Source of the DNA: Nemertoderma westbladi
Taxonomy: Eukaryota; Animalia; Xenacoelomorpha
Assembly: GCA_032718475.1 (NCBI GenBank)
Contig: JAUCBJ010004753.1
Span: 30,778-94,777, forward strand
Direction: 5' to 3'
Length of the DNA stretch: 64,000 bases
The position numbers were made by a program, and so were the translations under genes. Each line of letters opens with the position of its first letter. The stretch's first letter is position 1. Under the pieces are notes generated by a model. It did no database searches. It was not told the DNA's origin and saw only the letters and a program-made list of their open reading frames with translations. Below are positions 1 to 15,000 of the stretch, piece by piece.

Positions 1-3000
1 CCTGCTTACCCATCTATTAATCAGCCATGCATAGTGCCGAGTCATTCCTGCTTACCCATCTATTAATTAGTCAGACATAGTTCCGGGTCATTCCTGCTTA
101 CCCATCTATTAATTAGTCAGACATAGTTCCGGGTCATTCCTGCTTACCCATCTATTAATTAGTCAGACATAGTGCCGAATCATTCCTGCTTACCCATCTA
201 TTAATCAGCCAGACATAGTGCCGAGTCATTCCTGCTTACCCATCTATTAATTAGTCAGACATAGTGCCGAATCATTCCTGCTTACCCATCTATTAATTAG
301 TCAGACATAGTGCCGAATCATTCCTGCTTACCCATCTATTAATCAGCCAGACATAGTGCCGAGTCATTCCTGCTTACCCATCTATTAATCAGCCATGCAT
401 AGTGCCGAGTCATTCCTGCTTACCCATCTATTAATTAGTCAGACATAGTGCCGAATCATTCCTGCTTACCCATCTATTAATTAGTCAGACATAGTGCCGA
501 ATCATTCCTGCTTACCCATCTATTAATTAGTCAGACATAGTGCCGAATCATTCCTGCTTACCCATCTATTAATTAGTCAGACATAGTGCCGAATCATTCC
601 TGCTTACCCATCTATTAATTAGTCAGACATAGTGCCGAATCATTCCTGCTTACCCATCTATTAATCAGCCATGCATAGTGCCGAGTCATTCCTGCTTACC
701 CATCTATTAATTAGTCAGACATAGTGCCGAATCATTCCTGCTTACCCATCTATTAATTAGTCAGACATAGTGCCGAATCATTCCTGCTTACCCATCTATT
801 AATTAGTCAGACATAGTGCCGAATCATTCCTGCTTACCCATCTATTAATTAGTCAGACATAGTGCCGAATCATTCCTGCTTACCCATCTATTAATTAGTC
901 AGACATAGTGCCGAATCATTCCTGCTTACCCATCTATTAATTAGTCAGACATAGTGCCGAATCATTCCTGCTTACCCATCTATTAATCAGCCATGCATAG
1001 TGCCGAGTCATTCCTGCTTACCCATCTATTAATTAGTCAGACATAGTGCCGAATCATTCCTGCTTACCCATCTATTAATCAGCCAGACATAGTGCCGAGT
1101 CATTCCTGCTTACCCATCTATTAATCAGCCATGCATAGTGCCGAGTCATTCCTGCTTACCCATCTATTAATTAGTCAGACATAGTGCCGAGTCATTCCTG
1201 CTTACCCATCTATTAATTAGCCATGCATAGTGCCGAGTCATTCCTGCTTACCCATCTATTAATCAGCCAGACATAGTGCCGAATCATTCCTGCTTACCCA
1301 TCTATTAATTAGTCAGACATAGTTCCGGGTCATTCCTGCTTACCCATCTATTAATTAGTCAGACATAGTTCCGGGTCATTCCTGCTTACCCATCTATTAA
1401 TTAGTCAGACATAGTGCCGAGTCATTCCTGCCTCGTCATCTATTAATCAGCCAGACATAGTGCCGAATCATTCCTGCCTCGTCATCTATTAATCAGCCAG
1501 ACATAGTGCCGAATCATTCCTGCCTCGTCATCTATTAATCAGCCAGACATAGTGCCGAATCATTCCTGCCTCGTCATCTATTAATCAGCCAGACCTAGTG
1601 CCGAGTCATTCCTTCTTACCCATCTATTAATCAGCCATGCATAGTGCCGAGTCATTCCTGCTTACCCATCTATTAATTAGTCAGACATAGTGCCGAATCA
1701 TTCCTGCTTACCCATCTATTAATCAGCCAGACATAGTGCCGAGTCATTCCTGCTTACCCATCTATTAATCAGCCAGACATAGTGCCGAATCATTCCTCCT
1801 TACCCATATATTAATCAGCCAGACATAGTGCCGAATCATTCCTGCTTACCCATCTATTAATCAGCCAGACATAGTGCCGAATCATTCCTGCCTACCCATC
1901 TATTAATCAGCCAGACATAGTGCCGAATCATTCCTCCTTACCCATCTATTAATCAGCCAGACATAGTGCCGAATCATTCCTGCCTACCCATCTATTAATC
2001 AGCCAGACATAGTGCCGAATCATTCCTGCTTACCCATCTATTAATCAGCCAGACATAGTGCCGAATCATTCCTGCCTACCCATCTATTAATCAGCCAGAC
2101 ATAGTGCCGAATCATTCCTCCTTACCCATATATTAATCAGCCAGACATAGTGCCGAATCATTCCTGCTTACCCATCTATTAATTAGTCAGACATAGTGCC
2201 GAATCATTCCTGCTTACCCATCTATTAATTAGTCAGACATAGTGCCGAATCATTCCTGCTTACCCATCTATTAATTAGTCAGACATAGTGCCGAGTCATT
2301 CCTGCTTACCCATCTATTAATTAGTCAGACATAGTGCCGAATCATTCCTGCTTACCCATCTATTAATTAGTCAGACATAGTGCCGAATCATTCCTGCTTA
2401 CCCATCTATTAATTAGTCAGACATATTGCCGAATCATTCCTGCTTACCCATCTATTAATTAGTCAGACATAGTGCCGAGTCATTCCTGCTTACCCATCTA
2501 TTAATTAGTCAGACATAGTGCCGAGTCATTCCTGCTTACCCATCTATTAATTAGTCAGACATAGTGCCGAGTCATTCCTGCTTACCCATCTATTAATTAG
2601 TCAGACATAGTGCCGAATCATTCCTGCTTACCCATCTATTAATTAGTCAGACATAGTGCCGAATCATTCCTGCTTACCCATCTATTAATTAGTCAGACAT
2701 AGTGCCGAATCATTCCTGCTTACCCATCTATTAATTAGTCAGACATAGTGCCGAGTCATTCCTGCTTACCCATCTATTAATTAGTCAGACATAGTGCCGA
2801 ATCATTCCTGCCTACCCATCTATTAATCAGCCAGACATAGTGCCGAATCATTCCTGCCTACCCATCTATTAATCAGCCAGACATAGTGCCGAATCATTCC
2901 TCCTTACCCATCTATTAATCAGCCAGACATAGTGCCGAGTCATTCCTGCTTACCCATCTATTAATCAGCCAGACATAGTGCCGAATCATTCCTGCCTACC

Positions 3001-6000
3001 CATCTATTAATCAGCCAGACATAGTGCCGAATCATTCCTGCCTTACCCATCTATTAATCAGCCAGACATAGTGCCGAATCATTCCTGCTTACCCATCTAT
3101 TAATTAGTCAGACATAGTGCCGAATCATTCCTGCTTACCCATCTATTAATTAGTCAGACATAGTGCCGAATCATTCCTGCTTACCCATCTATTAATTAGT
3201 CAGACATAGTGCCGAATCATTCCTGCTTACCCATCTATTAATTAGTCAGACATAGTGCCGAATCATTCCTGCTTACCCATCTATTAATTAGTCAGACATA
3301 GTGCCGAGTCATTCCTGCTTACCCATCTATTAATTAGTCAGACATAGTGCCGAATCATTCCTGCTTACCCATCTATTAATCAGCCAGACATAGTGCCGAA
3401 TCATTCCTGCCTACCCATCTATTAATCAGCCAGACATAGTGCCGAATCATTCCTGCCTACCCATCTATTAATCAGCCAGACATAGTGCCGAATCATTCCT
3501 CCTTACCCATATATTAATCAGCCAGACATAGTGCCGAATCATTCCTGCTTACCCATCTATTAATCAGCCAGACATAGTGCCGAATCATTCCTGCCTACCC
3601 ATCTATTAATCAGCCAGACATAGTGCCGAATCATTCCTCCTTACCCATATATTAATCAGCCAGACATAGTGCCGAATCATTCCTGCTTACCCATCTATTA
3701 ATTAGTCAGACATAGTGCCGAATCATTCCTGCTTACCCATCTATTAATTAGTCAGACATAGTGCCGAATCATTCCTGCTTACCCATCTATTAATTAGTCA
3801 GACATAGTGCCGAATCATTCCTGCTTACCCATCTATTAATTAGTCAGACATAGTGCCGAATCATTCCTGCTTACCCATCTATTAATTAGTCAGACATAGT
3901 GCCGAGTCATTCCTGCTTACCCATCTATTAATTAGTCAGACATAGTGCCGAATCATTCCTGCTTACCCATCTATTAATCAGCCAGACATAGTGCCGAATC
4001 ATTCCTGCCTACCCATCTATTAATCAGCCAGACATAGTGCCGAATCATTCCTCCTTACCCATCTATTAATCAGCCAGACATAGTGCCGAATCATTCCTCC
4101 TTACCCATATATTAATCAGCCAGACATAGTGCCGAATCATTCCTGCTTACCCATCTATTAATTAGTCAGACATAGTGCCGAATCATTCCTGCTTACCCAT
4201 CTATTAATTAGTCAGACATAGTGCCGAGTCATTCCTGCTTACCCATCTATTAATTAGTCAGACATAGTGCCGAATCATTCCTGCTTACCCATCTATTAAT
4301 CAGCCATGCATAGTGCCGAGTCATTCCTGCTTACCCATCTATTAATCAGCCAGACATAGTGCCGAGTCATTCCTGCTTACCCATCTATTAATTAGTCAGA
4401 CATAGTGCCGAGTCATTCCTGCTTACCCATCTATTAATTAGTCAGACATAGTGCCGAATCATTCCTGCTTACCCATCTATTAATCAGCCATGACATAGTG
4501 CCGAGTCATTCCTGCTTACCCATCTATTAATCAGCCAGACATAGTGCCGAGTCATTCCTGCTTACCCATCTATTAATTAGTCAGACATAGTGCCGAATCA
4601 TTCCTCCTTACCCATCTATTAATCAGCCAGACATAGTGCCGAATCATTCCTGCTTACCCATCTATTAATTAGTCAGACATAGTGCCGAATCATTCCTCCT
4701 TACCCATATATTAATCAGCCAGACATAGTGCCGAATCATTCCTGCTTACCCATCTATTAATTAGTCAGACATAGTGCCGAATCATTCCTCCTTACCCATA
4801 TATTAATCAGCCAGACATAGTGCCGAATCATTCCTGCTTACCCATCTATTAATTAGTCAGACATAGTGCCGAATCATTCCTGCTTACCCATCTATTAATC
4901 AGCCATGCATAGTGCCGAGTCATTCCTGCTTACCCATCTATTAATCAGCCAGACATAGTGCCGAGTCATTCCTCCTTACCCATCTATTAATCAGCCAGAC
5001 ATAGTGCCGAATCATTCCTGCTTACCCATCTATTAATTAGTCAGACATAGTGCCGAATCATTCCTCCTTACCCATCTATTAATCAGCCAGACATAGTGCC
5101 GAATCATTCCTGCTTACCCATCTATTAATTAGTCAGACATAGTGCCGAATCATTCCTCCTTACCCATATATTAATCAGCCAGACATAGTGCCGAATCATT
5201 CCTGCTTACCCATCTATTAATTAGTCAGACATAGTGCCGAATCATTCCTGCTTACCCATCTATTAATCAGCCATGCATAGTGCCGAGTCATTCCTGCTTA
5301 CCCATCTATTAATCAGCCAGACATAGTGCCGAGTCATTCCTCCTTACCCATCTATTAATCAGCCAGACATAGTGCCGAATCATTCCTGCTTACCCATCTA
5401 TTAATTAGCCAGACATAGTGCCGAATCATTCCTGCTTACCCATCTATTAATTAGTCAGACATAGTGCCGAATCATTCCTCCTTACCCATATATTAATCAG
5501 CCAGACATAGTGCCGAATCATTCCTGCTTACCCATCTATTAATTAGTCAGACATAGTGCCGAATCATTCCTGCTTACCCATCTATTAATCAGCCATGCAT
5601 AGTGCCGAGTCATTCCTGCTTACCCATCTATTAATCAGCCAGACATAGTGCCGAGTCATTCCTGCTTACCCATCTATTAATCAGCCATGCATAGTGCCGA
5701 GTCATTCCTGCTTACCCATCTATTAATTAGTCAGACATAGTGCCGAATCATTCCTGCTTACCCATCTATTAATCAGCCAGACATAGTGCCGAGTCATTCC
5801 TGCTTACCCATCTATTAATCAGCCATGCATAGTGCCGAGTCATTCCTGCTTACCCATCTATTAATCAGCCAGACCTAGTGCCGAGTCATTCCTTCTTACC
5901 CATCTATTAATCAGCCATGCATAGTGCCGAGTCATTCCTGCTTACCCATCTATTAATTAGTCAGACATAGTGCCGAATCATTCCTCCTTACCCATATATT

Positions 6001-9000
6001 AATCAGCCAGACATAGTGCCGAATCATTCCTGCTTACCCATCTATTAATCAGCCAGACATAGTGCCGAATCATTCCTGCTTACCCATCTATTAATCAGCC
6101 AGACATAGTGCCGAGTCATTCCTGCCTACCCATCTATTAATCAGCCAGACATAGTGCCGAATCATTCCTCCTTACCCATCTATTAATCAGCCAGACATAG
6201 TGCCGAATCATTCCTGCCTACCCATCTATTAATCAGCCAGACATAGTGCCGAATCATTCCTGCTTACCCATCTATTAATCAGCCAGACATAGTGCCGAAT
6301 CATTCCTGCCTACCCATCTATTAATCAGCCAGACATAGTGCCGAATCATTCCTCCTTACCCATCTATTAATCAGCCAGACATAGTGCCGAATCATTCCTG
6401 CTTACCCATCTATTAATTAGTCAGACATAGTGCCGAATCATTCCTCCTTACCCATCTATTAATCAGCCAGACATAGTGCCGAATCATTCCTGCTTACCCA
6501 TCTATTAATCAGCCAGACATAGTGCCGAATCATTCCTGCTTACCCATCTATTAATCAGCCAGACATAGTGCCGAATCATTCCTCCTTACCCATCTATTAA
6601 TTAGTCAGACATAGTGCCGAATCATTCCTCCTTACCCATATATTAATCAGCCAGACATAGTGCCGAATCATTCCTGCTTACCCATCTATTAATCAGCCAG
6701 ACATAGTGCCGAATCATTCCTGCCTACCCATCTATTAATCAGCCAGACATAGTGCCGAATCATTCCTCCTTACCCATCTATTAATCAGCCAGACATAGTG
6801 CCGAATCATTCCTGCCTACCCATCTATTAATCAGCCAGACATAGTGCCGAATCATTCCTGCTTACCCATCTATTAATCAGCCAGACATAGTGCCGAATCA
6901 TTCCTGCCTACCCATCTATTAATCAGCCAGACATAGTGCCGAATCATTCCTCCTTACCCATATATTAATCAGCCAGACATAGTGCCGAATCATTCCTGCT
7001 TACCCATCTATTAATTAGTCAGACATAGTGCCGAATCATTCCTGCTTACCCATCTATTAATTAGTCAGACATAGTGCCGAATCATTCCTGCTTACCCATC
7101 TATTAATTAGTCAGACATAGTGCCGAGTCATTCCTGCTTACCCATCTATTAATTAGTCAGACATAGTGCCGAATCATTCCTGCTTACCCATCTATTAATT
7201 AGTCAGACATAGTGCCGAATCATTCCTGCTTACCCATCTATTAATTAGTCAGACATATTGCCGAATCATTCCTGCTTACCCATCTATTAATTAGTCAGAC
7301 ATAGTGCCGAGTCATTCCTGCTTACCCATCTATTAATTAGTCAGACATAGTGCCGAGTCATTCCTGCTTACCCATCTATTAATTAGTCAGACATAGTGCC
7401 GAGTCATTCCTGCTTACCCATCTATTAATTAGTCAGACATAGTGCCGAATCATTCCTGCTTACCCATCTATTAATTAGTCAGACATAGTGCCGAATCATT
7501 CCTGCTTACCCATCTATTAATTAGTCAGACATAGTGCCGAATCATTCCTGCTTACCCATCTATTAATTAGTCAGACATAGTGCCGAGTCATTCCTGCTTA
7601 CCCATCTATTAATTAGTCAGACATAGTGCCGAATCATTCCTGCCTACCCATCTATTAATCAGCCAGACATAGTGCCGAATCATTCCTGCCTACCCATCTA
7701 TTAATCAGCCAGACATAGTGCCGAATCATTCCTCCTTACCCATATATTAATCAGCCAGACATAGTGCCGAATCATTCCTGCTTACCCATCTATTAATCAG
7801 CCAGACATAGTGCCGAATCATTCCTGCCTACCCATCTATTAATCAGCCAGACATAGTGCCGAATCATTCCTCCTTACCCATATATTAATCAGCCAGACAT
7901 AGTGCCGAATCATTCCTGCTTACCCATCTATTAATTAGTCAGACATAGTGCCGAATCATTCCTGCTTACCCATCTATTAATTAGTCAGACATAGTGCCGA
8001 ATCATTCCTGCTTACCCATCTATTAATTAGTCAGACATAGTGCCGAATCATTCCTGCTTACCCATCTATTAATTAGTCAGACATAGTGCCGAATCATTCC
8101 TGCTTACCCATCTATTAATTAGTCAGACATAGTGCCGAGTCATTCCTGCTTACCCATCTATTAATTAGTCAGACATAGTGCCGAATCATTCCTGCTTACC
8201 CATCTATTAATCAGCCAGACATAGTGCCGAATCATTCCTGCCTACCCATCTATTAATCAGCCAGACATAGTGCCGAATCATTCCTCCTTACCCATCTATT
8301 AATCAGCCAGACATAGTGCCGAATCATTCCTGCTTACCCATCTATTAATTAGTCAGACATAGTGCCGAATCATTCCTGCTTACCCATCTATTAATTAGTC
8401 AGACATAGTGCCGAATCATTCCTGCTTACCCATCTATTAATCAGCCAGACATAGTGCCGAATCATTCCTCCTTACCCATCTATTAATCAGCCAGACATAG
8501 TGCCGAATCATTCCTCCTTACCCATATATTAATCAGCCAGACATAGTGCCGAATCATTCCTGCTTACCCATCTATTAATTAGTCAGACATAGTGCCGAAT
8601 CATTCCTGCTTACCCATCTATTAATCAGCCATGCATAGTGCCGAGTCATTCCTGCTTACCCATCTATTAATCAGCCAGACATAGTGCCGAGTCATTCCTG
8701 CTTACCCATCTATTAATTAGTCAGACATAGTGCCGAGTCATTCCTGCTTACCCATCTATTAATTAGTCAGACATAGTGCCGAATCATTCCTGCTTACCCA
8801 TCTATTAATCAGCCATGCATAGTGCCGAGTCATTCCTGCTTACCCATCTATTAATCAGCCAGACATAGTGCCGAGTCATTCCTGCTTACCCATCTATTAA
8901 TTAGTCAGACATAGTGCCGAGTCATTCCTGCTTACCCATCTATTAATTAGTCAGACATAGTGCCGAATCATTCCTCCTTACCCATATATTAATCAGCCAG

Positions 9001-12000
9001 ACATAGTGCCGAATCATTCCTGCTTACCCATCTATTAATCAGCCAGACATAGTGCCGAATCATTCCTCCTTACCCATCTATTAATCAGCCAGACATAGTG
9101 CCGAATCATTCCTGCTTACCCATCTATTAATTAGTCAGACATAGTGCCGAATCATTCCTGCTTACCCATCTATTAATCAGCCATGCATAGTGCCGAGTCA
9201 TTCCTGCTTACCCATCTATTAATCAGCCAGACATAGTGCCGAGTCATTCCTGCTTACCCATCTATTAATCAGCCAGACATAGTGCCGAGTCATTCCTGCT
9301 TACCCATCTATTAATTAGTCAGACATAGTGCCGAATCATTCCTGCTTACCCATCTATTAATTAGTCAGACATAGTGCCGAATCATTCCTGCTTACCCATC
9401 TATTAATTAGTCAGACATAGTGCCGAATCATTCCTGCTTACCCATCTATTAATCAGCCATGCATAGTGCCGAGTCATTCCTGCTTACCCATCTATTAATT
9501 AGCCAGACATAGTGCCTTGTCATTCCTGCTTACCCATCTATTAATCAGCCAGACATAGTGCCGAATCATTCCTGCTTACCCATCTATTAATTAGTCAGAC
9601 ATAGTGCCGAATCATTCCTCCTTACCCATATATTAATCAGCCAGACATAGTGCCGAATCATTCCTGCTTACCCATCTATTAATTAGTCAGACATAGTGCC
9701 GAGTCATTCCTGCTTACCCATCTATTAATTAGTCAGACATAGTGCCGAATCATTCCTGCTTACCCATCTATTAATCAGCCAGACATAGTGCCGAATCATT
9801 CCTGCTTACCCATCTATTAATCAGTCAGACATAGTGCCGAATCATTCCTGCTTACCCATCTATTAATCAGCCATGCATAGTGCCGAGTCATTCCTGCTTA
9901 CCCATCTATTAATCAGCCAGACATAGTGCCGAATCATTCCTCCTTACCCATCTATTAATCAGCCATGCATAGTGCCGAGTCATTCCTGCTTACCCATCTA
10001 TTAATCAGCCAGACATAGTGCCGAATCATTCCTGCTTACCCATCTATTAATTAGCCAGACATAGTGCCGAGTCATTCCTGCTTACCCATCTATTAATTAG
10101 TCAGACATAGTGCCGAATCATTCCTGCTTACCCATCTATTAATCAGCCAGACATAGTGCCGAATCATTCCTGCTTACCCATCTATTAATCAGTCAGACAT
10201 AGTGCCGAATCATTCCTGCTTACCCATCTATTAATCAGCCATGACATAGTGCCGAATCATTCCTGCTTACCCATCTATTAATTAGTCAGACATAGTGCCG
10301 AATCATTCCTGCTTACCCATCTATTAATTAGTCAGACATAGTGCCGAATCATTCCTGCTTACCCATCTATTAATCAGCCAGACATAGTGCCGAATCATTC
10401 CTGCTTACCCATCTATTAATCAGTCAGACATAGTGCCGAATCATTCCTGCTTACCCATCTATTAATCAGCCATGCATAGTGCCGAGTCATTCCTGCTTAC
10501 CCATCTATTAATCAGCCAGACATAGTGCCGAATCATTCCTGCTTACCCATCTATTAATCAGCCAGACATAGTGCCGAATCATTCCTGCTTACCCATCTAT
10601 TAATTAGTCAGACATAGTGCCGAATCATTCCTGCTTACCCATCTATTAATTAGCCAGACATAGTGCCGATCATTCCTGCTTACCCATCTATTAATTAGCC
10701 AGACATAGTGCCGAATCATTCCTGCTTACCCATCTATTAATCAGCCATGCATAGTGCCGAGTCATTCCTGCTTACCCATCTATTAATCAGCCAGACATAG
10801 TGCCGAATCATTCCTGCTTACCCATCTATTAATCAGCCCAGACATAGTGCCGAATCATTCCTGCTTACCCATCTATTAATCAGCCAGACATAGTGCCGAG
10901 TCATTCCTGCTTACCCATCTATTAATTAGTCAGACATAGTGCCGAATCATTCCTGCCTACGCCATCTATTAATCAGCCAGACATAGTGCCGAATCATTCC
11001 TGCTTACCCATCTATTAATCAGCCAGACATAGTGCCGAATCATTCCTGCTTACCCATCTATTAATCAGCCAGACATAGTGCCGAGTCATTCCTGCTTACC
11101 CATCTATTAATTAGTCAGACATAGTGCCGAATCATTCCTGCTTACCCATCTATTAATTAGTCAGACATAGTGCCGAATCATTCCTGCTTACCCATCTATT
11201 AATCAGCCATGCATAGTGCCGAATCATTCCTGCTTACCCATCTATTAATCAGCCATGCATAGTGCCGAGTCATTCCTGCTTACCCATCTATTAATTAGTC
11301 AGACATAGTGCCGAGTCATTCCTGCTTACCCATCTATTAATCAGCCAGACATAGTGCCGAATCATTCCTGCTTACCCATCTATTAATTAGTCAGACATAG
11401 TGCCGAGTCATTCCTGCTTACCCATCTATTAATTAGCCAGACATAGTGCCTTGTCATTCCTGCTTACCCATCTATTAATCAGCCATGCATAGTGCCGAGT
11501 CATTCCTGCTTACCCATCTATTAATTAGCCAGACATAGTGCCTTGTCATTCCTGCTTACCCATCTATTAATCAGCCAGACATAGTGCCGAATCATTCCTG
11601 CTTACCCATCTATTAATTAGTCAGACATAGTGCCGAATCATTCCTCCTTACCCATATATTAATCAGCCAGACATAGTGCCGAATCATTCCTGCTTACCCA
11701 TCTATTAATTAGTCAGACATAGTGCCGAGTCATTCCTGCTTACCCATCTATTAATTAGTCAGACATAGTGCCGAATCATTCCTGCTTACCCATCTATTAA
11801 TTAGTCAGACATAGTGCCGAATCATTCCTGCTTACCCATCTATTAATCAGCCATGCATAGTGCCGAGTCATTCCTGCTTACCCATCTATTAATCAGCCCA
11901 GACATAGTGCCGAATCATTCCTGCTTACCCATCTATTAATCAGCCAGACATAGTGCCGAGTCATTCCTGCTTACCCATCTATTAATTAGTCAGACATAGT

Positions 12001-15000
12001 GCCGAATCATTCCTGCTTACCCATCTATTAATTAGTCAGACATAGTGCCGAATCATTCCTGCTTACCCATCTATTAATTAGTCAGACATAGTGCCGAATC
12101 ATTCCTGCTTACCCATCTATTAATCAGCCATGCATAGTGCCGAGTCATTCCTGCTTACCCATCTATTAATTAGTCAGACATAGTGCCGAATCATTCCTGC
12201 TTACCCATCTATTAATCAGCCAGACATAGTGCCGAATCATTCCTGCTTACCCATCTATTAATCAGCCATGCATAGTGCCGAGTCATTCCTGCTTACCCAT
12301 CTATTAATTAGCCAGACATAGTGCCGAATCATTCCTGCTTACCCATCTATTAATCAGCCATGCATAGTGCCGAGTCATTCCTGCTTACCCATCTATTAAT
12401 TAGCCAGACATAGTGCCGAGTCATTCCTGCTTACCCATCTATTAATTAGTCAGACATAGTGCCGAATCATTCCTGCTTACCCATCTATTAATCAGCCATG
12501 CATAGTGCCGAGTCATTCCTGCTTACCCATCTATTAATTAGCCAGACATAGTGCCGAATCATTCCTGCTTACCCATCTATTAATCAGCCAGACATAGTGC
12601 CGAATCATTCCTGCTTACCCATCTATTAATCAGCCATGCATAGTGCCGAGTCATTCCTGCTTACCCATCTATTAATTAGTCAGACATAGTGCCGAATCAT
12701 TCCTGCTTACCCATCTATTAATCAGCCATGCATAGTGCCGAGTCATTCCTGCTTACCCATCTATTAATTAGCCAGACATAGTGCCGAATCATTCCTGCTT
12801 ACCCATCTATTAATCAGCCAGACATAGTGCCGAATCATTCCTGCTTACCCATCTATTAATTAGTCAGACATAGTGCCGAGTCATTCCTGCTTACCCATCT
12901 ATTAATCAGCCAGACATAGTTCCGGGTCATTCCTGCTTACCCATCTATTAATTAGCCAGACATAGTGCCGAATCATTCCTGCTTACCCATCTATTAATCA
13001 GCCAGACATAGTGCCGAATCATTCCTGCTTACCCATCTATTAATTAGTCAGACATAGTGCCGAGTCATTCCTGCTTACCCATCTATTAATCAGCCAGACA
13101 TAGTTCCGGGTCATTCCTGCTTACCCATCTATTAATCAGCCAGACATAGTGCCGAATCATTCCTGCTTACCCATCTATTAATCAGCCATGCATAGTGCCG
13201 AGTCATTCCTGCTTACCCATCTATTAATCAGCCAGACATAGTTCCGGGTCATTCCTGCTTACCCATCTATTAATTAGTCAGACATAGTGCCGAATCATTC
13301 CTGCTTACCCATCTATTAATCAGCCATGCATAGTGCCGAATCATTCCTGCTTACCCATCTATTAATCAGCCAGACATAGTGCCGAATCATTCCTGCTTAC
13401 CCATCTATTAATCAGCCAGACATAGTGCCGAATCATTCCTGCTTACCCATCTATTAATTAGTCAGACATAGTGCCGAATCATTCCTGCTTACCCATCTAT
13501 TAATCAGCCAGACATAGTGCCGAGTCATTCCTGCTTACCCATCTATTAATTAGTCAGACATAGTGCCGAATCATTCCTGCTTACCCATCTATTAATTAGT
13601 CAGACATAGTTCCGAATCATTCCTGCTTACCCATCTATTAATCAGCCAGACATAGTGCCGAGTCATTCCTCCTTACCCATCTATTAATCAGCCATGCATA
13701 GTGCCGAGTCATTCCTGCTTACCCATCTATTAATCAGCCAGACATAGTGCCGAATCATTCCTGCTTACCCATCTATTAATCAGCCAGACATAGTGCCGAG
13801 TCATTCCTGCTTACCCATCTATTAATTAGTCAGACATAGTGCCGAATCATTCCTGCTTACCCATCTATTAATTAGTCAGACATAGTTCCGAATCATTCCT
13901 GCTTACCCATCTATTAATTAGTCAGACATAGTGCCGAATCATTCCTGCTTACCCATCTATTAATCAGCCAGACATAGTGCCGAGTCATTCCTGCTTACCC
14001 ATCTATTAATTAGTCAGACATAGTGCCGAATCATTCCTGCTTACCCATCTATTAATTAGTCAGACATAGTTCCGAATCATTCCTGCTTACCCATCTATTA
14101 ATTAGTCAGACATAGTTCCGAATCATTCCTGCTTACCCATCTATTAATTAGTCAGACATAGTGCCGAATCATTCCTGCTTACCCATCTATTAATCAGCCA
14201 GACATAGTGCCGAGTCATTCCTGCTTACCCATCTATTAATTAGTCAGACATAGTGCCGAATCATTCCTGCTTACCCATCTATTAATTAGTCAGACATAGT
14301 TCCGAATCATTCCTGCTTACCCATCTATTAATCAGCCAGACATAGTGCCGAGTCATTCCTCCTTACCCATCTATTAATCAGCCATGCATAGTGCCGAGTC
14401 ATTCCTGCTTACCCATCTATTAATTAGTCAGACATAGTGCCGAATCATTCCTGCTTACCCATCTATTAATTAGTCAGACATAGTGCCGAATCATTCCTCC
14501 TTACCCATCTATTAATCAGCCATGCATAGTGCCGAGTCATTCCTGCTTACCCATCTATTAATTAGTCAGACATAGTGCCGAATCATTCCTGCTTACCCAT
14601 CTATTAATCAGCCCAGACATAGTGCCGAATCATTCCTGCTTACCCATCTATTAATCAGCCAGACATAGTGCCGAATCATTCCTGCTTACCCATCTATTAA
14701 TCAGCCATGCATAGTGCCGAGTCATTCCTGCTTACCCATCTATTAATTAGTCAGACATAGTGCCGAGTCATTCCTGCTTACCCATCTATTAATTAGTCAG
14801 ACATAGTGCCGAGTCATTCCTGCTTACCCATCTATTAATTAGTCAGACATAGTGCCGAATCATTCCTGCCTCGTCATCTATTAATCAGCCAGACATAGTG
14901 CCGAATCATTCCTGCTTACCCATCTATTAATTAGCCAGACATAGTGCCGAATCATTCCTGCTTACCCATCTATTAATCAGCCAGACATAGTGCCGAATCA

